From positions 62,001-126,000 of the IMG/VR virus record IMGVR_UViG_3300032288_004964: a stretch of DNA of 64,000 nucleotides; one strand, 5' to 3'. A program made the position numbers and the translations under genes. Shown here in pieces: positions 47,780 through 56,035 of the stretch; position 1 is the first letter of the stretch; every line of letters begins with the position of its first letter. The notes beneath the pieces are model-generated. The model worked only from the letters and a program-made list of their open reading frames with translations. It was not told where the DNA came from and did not search any database.

Positions 47780-50332
47780 ATGAGCAGTATAAAAGTAATA
47801 AAAAGAAATGGAAAGAAAGAACCGGTGATGTTAGACAAGATTCTTGATAGAATCACACAACAAACTTATGGTCTTGATACTAAGTGGATTGTTCCATTTG
47901 AAATCGCACAGAAAGTTATAGAAGGTATTATGCCTGATATTAAAACATCTGTTTTAGATCAATTAGCTATGGAAACAGCAGCTTCATTGACTACAAAACA
48001 TCCAGATTATTCTGTCTTAGCAGCAAGATTAGCTATTACAAACCTACACAAAGAAACTAAAAAGAGTTTTTCAGAAACTGCTGAAGATTTATACAAATAT
48101 GTAAATCCAAAAACTGGAAAACACGCACCAATTGTTTCAGAATCTTTTTATAGCATTGTTAAAAAACACGCTGATGAATTAGATTCAGCTATTGTTCACT
48201 CAAGAGACCACAATTTTGATTACTTTGGTTTCAAAACTTTAGAAAAGTCTTATCTACTAAAAATTGATGGTAAAGTTGCTGAAAGACCTCAATATATGTA
48301 TATGAGAACTGCCTTACAAATATGGGGTGAGAATATTGAAAAGGTAGTTGAAACTTATAATACACTTTCTGAAGGATATTATACACATGCTACTCCAACT
48401 TTATTTAACTCTGGCACAACAAGACCACAATTATCATCTTGTTTCTTACTTGATGTTGAAGATGATTCAATTGAAGGTATCTTTAATACTCTTAAAGAAT
48501 CTGCTCAGATTTCTAAGAATGCTGGTGGTATAGGTATTGCTTTCTCTAAAGTTAGAGCTAAAGGAACTTATATTGCTGGTACTAATGGTACATCAAATGG
48601 TATTATTCCTTTCTTAAAAATCTACAATGAAACTGCAAGAGCTGTTGACCAAGGTGGTGGAAAAAGAAAAGGTTCAATCGCTATTTATATGGAACCTTGG
48701 CATTCAGATATTTTTGAATTCTTAGATTTAAGAAAGAATCAAGGTAAAGATGAAATAAGAGCTAGAGATTTATTTTTAGCTATGTGGATGAATGATTTAT
48801 TTATGGAAAGAGTTGAATTAGATGCTGATTGGTCATTAATGTGTCCACATGAGTGTCCTGAGTTAACAGAAACTTTTGGTGATGAATTCCGCAATATCTA
48901 TTTAAAATATGAATCTAGTGGAAAAGCTAAAAAAGTAGTTAAAGCAAGAGAAGTTTGGAATAAAATTCTTGAATCTCAAATTGAAACTGGAACTCCTTAT
49001 ATTCTTTATAAAGATGCTATTAATGAGAAGTCAAATCAAGCTAACATTGGTGTGATTAGAAGTTCCAACTTATGTGCTGAGATTGTAGAAGCAACTGGTA
49101 TTACTAAGATTCAAAATGAAATTTTACAAAATAAAGAATTACTTGAAAAAGCTGGACTTTCTGAGTTCTATGGTGAAGAATCGGTTAATGAAACTGCAGT
49201 TTGTAATTTAGCATCTATTGCACTTCCTAAGTTTGTTAATAAAAACAGAACTTATAACTTTAATAAGTTGTATGAAATTGCTTACTCAGCTATCATTAAC
49301 TTAAACAATGTTATTGATGTTAATTATTATCCATCTAGAGGTGCTAAGTTTTCTAACTTATTACACAGACCAGTTGGATTAGGTGTTCAGGGATTAGCTG
49401 ATGTTTTCTTCTCAATTGGAGTATCTTATGACTCAGATGAGGCAAAACAATTAAACAAGGAAATCTTTGAAACTATCTATTATGCTTCAATTAAAGCTTC
49501 TTGTGATTTAGCTAAAGAACAAGGGACTTATGCTACTTATGCTGGTTCTCCTATATCTCAAGGTAAATTCCAATTTGATTTATGGAATGTTAAACCAACT
49601 AAGAGATGGGATTGGGATAAATTAAGAGAAGAAGTTAAAAAACATGGTGTTAGAAACTCTTTAACAACTTGCATCATGCCAACTGCTTCTACTGCATCTA
49701 TTTTAGGTAATGAAGCTTCTTGTGAAGCACAAACATCTAATATGTACACAAGAGGTGTTCTTTCTGGTACCTTTATCTTAGTAAATAAATACTTAGTTAA
49801 GGAATTAGTTAAGTTAGGATTATGGAATGATAATTTGCGTAAGAAGATTATCAATGAGAATGGTTCAGTTCAGAATATTCCAGAAATTCCAACAGGATTG
49901 AAAGAGATTTTCAAAACAGTTTATGAAGTTAAACAAAAAGATGTTATTGATATGGCAGCTGATAGAGGAGCATTTATTGACCAAACGCAATCAATGAATA
50001 TCTTTATGGATTCTCCAAACTTTGCTAAATTAACATCAATGCACTTTTATGGTTGGGGTAGAAGAAACTTTATAACTGGAACTGATGGTCAACCTATTAT
50101 TCCACAAGGAAGTGATATTCAAGTTATCTATGATAAAGATGGTAACCCAAGATGTTATAGAGATAAGAAAGTTTCTCTTAAAACAGGAATCTACTATCTG
50201 AGAAATAAATCAGCAACTGATGCTGTTAAGTTTACAGTTCAAGAGGAACAAAAGAAATCAGTTGAAGAACAAATGGCTGAAATCAGTTGTTCACTTGACA
50301 ACCCAGATGATTGTTTAGCTTGTGGATCATAG
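47780..50332 (+). CDS. nrdA: Ribonucleotide reductase class Ia alpha subunit
   Basis: ATP cone VIKRNG, ATPTLFN, SSCF, SNLCAEI, MPTAST, TGIYYLR, C-terminal CLACGS. Confidence 0.97.
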   Translation: MSSIKVIKRNGKKEPVMLDKILDRITQQTYGLDTKWIVPFEIAQKVIEGIMPDIKTSVLDQLAMETAASLTTKHPDYSVLAARLAITNLHKETKKSFSETAEDLYKYVNPKTGKHAPIVSESFYSIVKKHADELDSAIVHSRDHNFDYFGFKTLEKSYLLKIDGKVAERPQYMYMRTALQIWGENIEKVVETYNTLSEGYYTHATPTLFNSGTTRPQLSSCFLLDVEDDSIEGIFNTLKESAQISKNAGGIGIAFSKVRAKGTYIAGTNGTSNGIIPFLKIYNETARAVDQGGGKRKGSIAIYMEPWHSDIFEFLDLRKNQGKDEIRARDLFLAMWMNDLFMERVELDADWSLMCPHECPELTETFGDEFRNIYLKYESSGKAKKVVKAREVWNKILESQIETGTPYILYKDAINEKSNQANIGVIRSSNLCAEIVEATGITKIQNEILQNKELLEKAGLSEFYGEESVNETAVCNLASIALPKFVNKNRTYNFNKLYEIAYSAIINLNNVIDVNYYPSRGAKFSNLLHRPVGLGVQGLADVFFSIGVSYDSDEAKQLNKEIFETIYYASIKASCDLAKEQGTYATYAGSPISQGKFQFDLWNVKPTKRWDWDKLREEVKKHGVRNSLTTCIMPTASTASILGNEASCEAQTSNMYTRGVLSGTFILVNKYLVKELVKLGLWNDNLRKKIINENGSVQNIPEIPTGLKEIFKTVYEVKQKDVIDMAADRGAFIDQTQSMNIFMDSPNFAKLTSMHFYGWGRRNFITGTDGQPIIPQGSDIQVIYDKDGNPRCYRDKKVSLKTGIYYLRNKSATDAVKFTVQEEQKKSVEEQMAEISCSLDNPDDCLACGS

Positions 50333-50351
50333 TATTCAAAAAATTATTAAA

Positions 50352-50386
50352 AAAAATAGGGAAAATTAAAAACTTTCCCTATTTTT
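50352..50386 (+). terminator. nrdA terminator
   Basis: AAAAATAGGGAAA..TTTCCCTATTTTT. Confidence 0.85.
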
Positions 50387-50471
50387 GTGCTATAATTAAT
50401 CCACCCTTGAAAAAACTGAAATTTTAAGGGTTGATATATACAATCAATCAGAAATATTTTTATAGTCTTAT

Positions 50472-50497
50472 AAACTTTTAGAAAATTCTGAATATAA
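50472..50497 (+). promoter_or_regulatory. AAAC-N16-ATATAA promoter upstream of the non-coding unit
   Basis: Exact motif, with no credible + strand ORF before the terminator. Confidence 0.55.
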
Positions 50498-50530
50498 ATA
50501 AACCGTTCTTTAAAATACAATTAAATTACT

Positions 50531-50595
50531 CCAGTAGTAAATTGAAGTGTTACTTCGCAGGATATGAAAAAACACACTTTGATGATTTCCTCTGG
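50531..50595 (+). ncRNA. Candidate Y-RNA-like module 1
   Basis: CCAG/CTGG outer stem, internal loop TAGTAA/GATTTCCT, 10-bp stem ATTGAAGTGT/ACACTTTGAT, loop starting TACTTCG; upstream of Ro60. Confidence 0.55.
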
Positions 50596-50615
50596 TCAAT
50601 ATAATTAAAAGCAAA

Positions 50616-50661
50616 CATAGCGATAGTTTGAGATACTTCGATAAATATCAATTCAACTATA
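50616..50661 (+). ncRNA. Candidate Y-RNA-like module 2 (partial)
   Basis: TAGCG, stem ATAGTTTGA/TCAACTAT, second TACTTCG. Confidence 0.4.
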
Positions 50662-50676
50662 CAGAAAAAGTGACAA

Positions 50677-50881
50677 GCGACAGCAAGTCTACTGTATTCA
50701 AATAAAACCGAAAGGAGATTTGAATTAAAGTGAAAAAGTCCGAAAAGCAACCCCCGTTAAGGTCTAAGGAATTCAGCTGATTTTCCTTTAAATAAAAAGC
50801 TGAGTGATATGGTCACTACAACTATAGGCAAAGTTTAGGAGAGAATTCTTTGTAACGCTTAGGCTAAATTTACTTGTTTGC
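50677..50881 (+). ncRNA. Candidate long Y-RNA-like module 3
   Basis: Ends pair (GCGA/TTGC; AGTCTA/TAGGCT) around loop CAGCA/AAATTTACT; inner hairpins ATTCAAAT..CCGAAAGG..ATTTGAAT, ATTCAGCT/AGCTGAGT, AGTGA/TCACT. Confidence 0.5.
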
Positions 50882-50888
50882 AAATTAT

Positions 50889-50929
50889 AAAAGACCAGAT
50901 TAACATATGTTACTCTGGTCTTTTTTTTT
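50889..50929 (+). terminator. Strong intrinsic terminator between the ncRNA and the Ro60 gene
   Basis: AAAAGACCAGA-TTAACATATGTTAC-TCTGGTC followed by a long T tract. Confidence 0.85.
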
Positions 50930-50965
50930 GTAATTAAATTAAAATTAAAAATTAAAATATAGATT

Positions 50966-52417
50966 ATGTCAAAATTTAACACAACTGCCCCAAAGGCAAA
51001 AACTTTAACTGAAAACCTAGCAGGTGGTCAGGCTTACAAACAATCTGATGAACTAGCATTAGTATCATTGTTATTAACTTCATTTGTTAATGATCAATTC
51101 TATAAAAATGCTCAAACAACTCTTGAAGATTTAAGAAAACTTTCTGAGAAAGTAAAAGATAAAGAGTTTGTTGCGAAAGCCGCTATTTTCGCTCGTGACC
51201 GTTTTGGTATGAGAAGTATCACTCATGCTCTTGCTGGTGAATTAACTTCACAATTGAATGGTGCTGAGTGGGGTAAGAACTTCTATGATAAAGTAGTTGT
51301 CCGTGTTGATGATATGACAGAAATCATGTCATACTACTTAGCATATAAAACATCTAAGAATAATCCAAAGTTTCCAAATTCTTTGAAGAAAGGATTTGCT
51401 AAGGCTTTTGATAAATTTGACTCTTATCAACTTGCTAAATACAAAGGTGATAATAAGGAAGTTAAACTTGTTGACGTTGTGAACATTGTTCATCCAGTTC
51501 CAAATGCTAGAAACAAGTCTGCCTTAGAACAACTTATTAAAGGTGAACTAAAAAGCACAGATACTTGGGAATCTAAGTTATCACAAGCTGGTCAATTAGC
51601 TGAGTCTGAAGAAGATTTAACTAAATTAAAGTCTGATGCTTGGTCTGAGTTAATCATTGGTAAAAAGATTGGTTACTTTGCTCTTCTTAGAAATCTAAGA
51701 AACATTATTAACCAAGCTCCTACTGCTATTCCAGCAGCATGTGAGTTATTAGTTGATGAAAGAATGATTAAGAGCTCTAGGGTTCTTCCATTTAGATTCA
51801 CCACAGCTTATGATGAAATATCTAAGTTAGGTTCTTCTAAGGAAGTGCGTGATGTTTTAGTTGCTATCAATAAGGCTTTAGACATTTCAGTTTGTAATGT
51901 TCCAAAGTTTGATGGTGAAACATTAGTAGTTATGGATGTATCTGGATCAATGAGTGGTAAACCATCTGAAATAGCTTCATTATTTGGTGCTATTTTAGCT
52001 AAAGTTAATAACTCTGATGTTATGACTTTCTCTACTTCCGCTAACTATAAGCAATATAATCCAATGGATTCAGTATTGACTATTAGAGATGGATTTAGAT
52101 ATTCTGGTGGTGGAACAAACTTCCGTGCAATCTTTGAGAAGGCTAATAAGAAGTATGACAGAGTTATCATCTTGTCAGATATGCAAGGTTGGGTTGGTTA
52201 TGAAACACCAACTCGTCAATTTGCTGAGTATAAGAAAAAGTTTGGAGCTAATCCATTTGTTTACTCTTGGGATCTGGCTGGTCTTGGTACTTTACAGTTC
52301 CCAGAACAAAATGTCTTTGCTTTAGCCGGTTTTTCTGATAAAGTATTCGACATCATGAAGATGATGGAGTTGGACAAGAAAGCTCTTTACAATGAGATTA
52401 AGGATATACAGTTGTAA
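50966..52417 (+). CDS. rsr: Ro60/TROVE-domain RNA-binding protein with vWA domain
   Basis: N.AGG.AY, FY, YQLAKY, TWE..LS, ALLRNLRN, LPFRF..AY, MIDAS DVSGSM, GGT, ILSDMQ. Confidence 0.92.
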   Translation: MSKFNTTAPKAKTLTENLAGGQAYKQSDELALVSLLLTSFVNDQFYKNAQTTLEDLRKLSEKVKDKEFVAKAAIFARDRFGMRSITHALAGELTSQLNGAEWGKNFYDKVVVRVDDMTEIMSYYLAYKTSKNNPKFPNSLKKGFAKAFDKFDSYQLAKYKGDNKEVKLVDVVNIVHPVPNARNKSALEQLIKGELKSTDTWESKLSQAGQLAESEEDLTKLKSDAWSELIIGKKIGYFALLRNLRNIINQAPTAIPAACELLVDERMIKSSRVLPFRFTTAYDEISKLGSSKEVRDVLVAINKALDISVCNVPKFDGETLVVMDVSGSMSGKPSEIASLFGAILAKVNNSDVMTFSTSANYKQYNPMDSVLTIRDGFRYSGGGTNFRAIFEKANKKYDRVIILSDMQGWVGYETPTRQFAEYKKKFGANPFVYSWDLAGLGTLQFPEQNVFALAGFSDKVFDIMKMMELDKKALYNEIKDIQL

Positions 52418-52448
52418 AAAAAACCCACTCATTGAGTGGGTTTTTTTT
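52416..52448. terminator. Bidirectional intrinsic terminator
   Basis: AAAAAAACCCACTCA-t-TGAGTGGGTTTTTTT. Confidence 0.9.
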
Positions 52449-53202
52449 ATCCATTATCTTCTCTATAAGCATTTACAGAATCATTAATTTCTTGTCTATC
52501 TATTATAAATTTCTTAGTTTCTGTATCATATGAAGCTACTCCGTATAAGTCTTCGCTAATAAAAACTCCGATTAGAATATACCCTTCTTCATCATCAGTA
52601 GTATCCATATATTTATCAAAGTCTATCCCTTCTTTTCTATAGATATTTCTAAGTTTTTCTAGTCCTTCTAAGTATTCTTTATCTTTTGTTGAAATGTATT
52701 TATTATATATGTCTTTTAATTCTTTTGTATTTATCTCATCGCTTAAAAATGTTATAAAAAATTTATGATTGATACTTTCCTTTGTATTATCTACAGATTC
52801 TGGATGACCTACAGATAATGATGTAACTATATAAGTATTATCTTTTAATTCCAATCCTTTTGATTCCGCTCTACTAATCATTTCATCAATTGAGATATTA
52901 ATTGTATTTAGATTATCAATAACTTTACTAAAATCATTTTTACCTGATTTTATATTATATTGAATCAAGCAGTTATATAACATTCTATATGTCTCATTAT
53001 CATCAACTTCAGCGTTGACTGCTTTAAGTTTTGAATCAACTAAATATCTATATGTTCTAGCTGAAGCAAATTCTTTAACATCAAATAAACTATCATTGAA
53101 TGTGTCTAATGAAATAGATTTAAATGTCAAGAAGTCTTGATAATCTTTAGATGTTCCAAAACTTTCATTTATAGAAAAGTCATTATATCTTTTTAATTTC
53201 AT
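52447..53202 (-). CDS. Hypothetical, putative head-packaged protein
   Basis: MKLKRYNDFSINES. Confidence 0.55.
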   Translation of the reverse strand: MKLKRYNDFSINESFGTSKDYQDFLTFKSISLDTFNDSLFDVKEFASARTYRYLVDSKLKAVNAEVDDNETYRMLYNCLIQYNIKSGKNDFSKVIDNLNTINISIDEMISRAESKGLELKDNTYIVTSLSVGHPESVDNTKESINHKFFITFLSDEINTKELKDIYNKYISTKDKEYLEGLEKLRNIYRKEGIDFDKYMDTTDDEEGYILIGVFISEDLYGVASYDTETKKFIIDRQEINDSVNAYREDNG

Positions 53203-54035
53203 TTCTTAAAATTATTATTTAATATTATCATTTTAGTATGAGTAGAATGTTTAATAACAATTCCAAAATCTTCCATTACTTTTTCTTTAATAAAAGGAAC
53301 TATAAAGTCTTCCTCGGATATTATCTTATAAGAAGAAGGTATTTTCTTTTTAACAGTTTCTAATGATACTGGTAAATAATTTTCATTTAATTCTCTTTCC
53401 CAGTTATCAATATATCTATACTTTAGTAAGAAATGAACAAATGTTCTATAATTATTATCTATTGAATCCCATCTATCTTCAAATGATTTTAAATAGTATG
53501 GATTAGCTAATTCTCTAACTTTTTTAACATCTTCTTCAAATGACTTTCTTTCACCTTTGTGTATTTCAACAGAAGGTATCATATCTCTAATAGTTATCCA
53601 TTTGAATTGACCACCAAATACTTGTTGTTCCCAAAACTTTTTAATTACACTTGAATGTGAGTAAGAATAAACTTCGTGTATAACAGAACTTAAGTTAAGT
53701 AAAGGTCTTTTATATCTTGACAATTCAGAAACTACCTGGTTCCAATTACTTGTTAGTAAGGCATCTTCACCTAATATAGATTCTGCTTTTGAAAGCATTG
53801 TGTCATCTAAGTCATATCCAATTAACTTAACATCTGGTTTCATATTTTGAACAAGTGAAAGAAATGTTCCATTAGCGCATCCAAAATCTACAATAACATC
53901 AAAGTCTAATTTGTTTACAAAGAATAACTTGTCTTGCATTGACATTTTCATTCCCTCAATATATTCATCAAAGTCAGCGATTGGTTTATCACCTACTAAT
54001 TCTTCAAGAAATAGTTGCCAATTTAGTATTTTCAT
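53199..54035 (-). CDS. Class I SAM-dependent methyltransferase
   Basis: IVDFGCANG, GYDLD, LSSVIHEVYSY, IRD. Confidence 0.8.
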   Translation of the reverse strand: MKILNWQLFLEELVGDKPIADFDEYIEGMKMSMQDKLFFVNKLDFDVIVDFGCANGTFLSLVQNMKPDVKLIGYDLDDTMLSKAESILGEDALLTSNWNQVVSELSRYKRPLLNLSSVIHEVYSYSHSSVIKKFWEQQVFGGQFKWITIRDMIPSVEIHKGERKSFEEDVKKVRELANPYYLKSFEDRWDSIDNNYRTFVHFLLKYRYIDNWERELNENYLPVSLETVKKKIPSSYKIISEEDFIVPFIKEKVMEDFGIVIKHSTHTKMIILNNNFKK

Positions 54036-54050
54036 AGAGTATATATTAAA

Positions 54051-54818
54051 TTATTTCCAGATTTTTTCCAAATCTATCTTAGAATTTATATCTATGACTT
54101 TGCCATCTTTTTTAAGTGAGTATGTTTGTATAGGTTGAAACATCTTAACTATATCCTTTACTTTCTTTTTTTCTTCAGGTTCCATATCAAAGTTGAATAT
54201 TTGAATAAGATTTTCTATCTCATTAAATGTTAATTTGTTTTTATCTCCTGAAAAGAAGGTAAAATTATAACTATAGTTATTAAATTTAGCAGCATCTGGT
54301 TTATTTGATTTACTAATTAAAAATTTAGTTAAACAGTTTTCTAATCCAATTGATGGTAAAGAATATCTATATCCATTGATTATAAATTCTTTATTCTTAT
54401 TATCATAATGTCTCATTAACTCTTCAGTTATTATAAAGTAGTTAAAGTGTTTAGTATTAAATTCTATAACATCATTAATTCCTCTTTCATCATCAAAGTA
54501 TTGTAATTTTATTGACTCACCTTTTGTGAATCTAACAATTTCAAAAAATAAGAAGATAATATCAATACTTTTGATATCATTGAATGTATAACCTTTTGAT
54601 AGCTTAATATTTTTCTCAACAAGATGTTTTAATTTATTAATAACAACACCAACATTATCTTTAACATAATTGTGTTCATATTCTATAATATCTTCAACAT
54701 CTGCTCTTTTGATGGAAATTTCAAAGTCATCTTTATAGAATAAACCTTGTGATGGTAATATCTTAGTATCTATCTTTTTTGTTAGGTTAAGAAGTCCTCT
54801 TAGTAAATCCATTAACAT
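54051..54818 (-). CDS. Second gp26-like baseplate hub paralog
   Basis: LPSQGLFY, DIIFLFFEIVRFT, LPSIGL parallel to ORF 1..729; lacks the Cys pairs. Confidence 0.55.
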   Translation of the reverse strand: MLMDLLRGLLNLTKKIDTKILPSQGLFYKDDFEISIKRADVEDIIEYEHNYVKDNVGVVINKLKHLVEKNIKLSKGYTFNDIKSIDIIFLFFEIVRFTKGESIKLQYFDDERGINDVIEFNTKHFNYFIITEELMRHYDNKNKEFIINGYRYSLPSIGLENCLTKFLISKSNKPDAAKFNNYSYNFTFFSGDKNKLTFNEIENLIQIFNFDMEPEEKKKVKDIVKMFQPIQTYSLKKDGKVIDINSKIDLEKIWK

Positions 54819-54883
54819 ATTTAAATAATATTTTATTATTATATATTATTTCAATGAGGTTATGTTCATCTAATATATACATA

Positions 54884-55612
54884 ATGATAATTAATGATGA
54901 TTGTTTCAATTATATTACCACAATCCCTTCAAATTCAATTGATTTGGTGTTAGTAGATCCACCCTATCTTATATCTCGTTCATCTGGATTTACAAACTAT
55001 TCTGATGATGCTAATGATGATATGAAGACTAAATATGGTCAATTATCTATTGATTTTGGTGATTGGGATAAATCAGAAATTGATTGGAATAAATTATTTT
55101 CAGAATATTATAGAGTCCTTAAAAAAGGAGGAACTGTTATTTTCTTTTATGATATATGGAAATCAAATGAGATTAAAGAAGCAGCTGAATTAAGTAAGTT
55201 TAAACAACCAAGAGTTTGTCAGTGGCAGAAAACAAATCCTGTTCCTGTTAATTCTAAACTTAATTACTTGTCCAATGCCATAGAGTATTTCTTTACATTT
55301 GTTAAGAGTGGTAAACCTACTTTTAACTCTGAGTATGATAATGGTGTTTATAGATATCCGATTTGTCATGGTAAAGAAAGATCTGAACATCCGACTCAAA
55401 AGCCTTTAAGTTTAATATCTGACTTAGTTAAGAAACACTCTAATCCTGGTGATGTTGTGTTGGATACATTTGCTGGATCTGGAACTACTGGACACGCTTG
55501 TATTTTAAATGATAGAAAGTACATATTGATAGAGAAAGAGGAAAAATATTTTGAAATAATAAAACATAGATTAAAAAATCTATCAACAAATAGTAATTTT
55601 AGTAATATATAA
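54884..55612 (+). CDS. Orphan N6-A/N4-C DNA methyltransferase (beta class)
   Basis: DPPY ... HPTQKP ... VLDTFAGSGTT. Confidence 0.92.
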   Translation: MIINDDCFNYITTIPSNSIDLVLVDPPYLISRSSGFTNYSDDANDDMKTKYGQLSIDFGDWDKSEIDWNKLFSEYYRVLKKGGTVIFFYDIWKSNEIKEAAELSKFKQPRVCQWQKTNPVPVNSKLNYLSNAIEYFFTFVKSGKPTFNSEYDNGVYRYPICHGKERSEHPTQKPLSLISDLVKKHSNPGDVVLDTFAGSGTTGHACILNDRKYILIEKEEKYFEIIKHRLKNLSTNSNFSNI

Positions 55613-55631
55613 AAATAAAATATTAATTAAT

Positions 55632-56033
55632 ATGAGTATAATAGTAAAAAATTCACAACTTAATAATGAAACGGTTGAGGCTTTGAATATTTTAATTGAT
55701 TTAGATATAAATGCAACAGCTGCTTTTAGATTAACAAGAATAATTAAAGAATTGTCATCTATTGTTGATGATAAATTAAAAATGGAGAAAAGGATTCTTG
55801 ATAAATGGATTGAAAAAGATGAATTAGGTAACCCAGTTAGACCTAAAGATGAGACTGGTAATGTAGTTGAAGGAGCTGTTAATGTTACCAATGTTGAAGA
55901 ATTTACTAAAGAAATGAAGTCTCTTATGGAAATTGAGAATGAAATTTCTTATGATAAAATTAAGTTTGAAGAATTAAATTTAACAACTGCTAAGGTTAAA
56001 GATTTAATGAAACTAGAATTCTTATTTGATTAA
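55632..56033 (+). CDS. Hypothetical helical protein (possible fibre chaperone)
   Basis: 133-aa ORF just before the fibre genes. Confidence 0.5.
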   Translation: MSIIVKNSQLNNETVEALNILIDLDINATAAFRLTRIIKELSSIVDDKLKMEKRILDKWIEKDELGNPVRPKDETGNVVEGAVNVTNVEEFTKEMKSLMEIENEISYDKIKFEELNLTTAKVKDLMKLEFLFD

Positions 56034-56035
56034 CT

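Noticed and set aside
50737-50745. GTCCGA as a canonical Y RNA Ro-binding strand
   Set aside because: No complementary TTGAC/TCGAC partner downstream, so a canonical Y RNA cannot be claimed.
50500-50930. tRNA genes or a CRISPR array in the long intergenic region
   Set aside because: No cloverleaf with a GTTCRA T-loop and no identical repeats with regular spacers; only a 7-nt shared motif.
50550-50982. Minus-strand ORFs 50550..50750 and 50788..50982
   Set aside because: Short, atypical composition, no promoter; the region is better explained by + strand RNA structure and terminator.
54884-55612. Restriction-modification system
   Set aside because: No adjacent endonuclease; orphan methyltransferases are common in phages.
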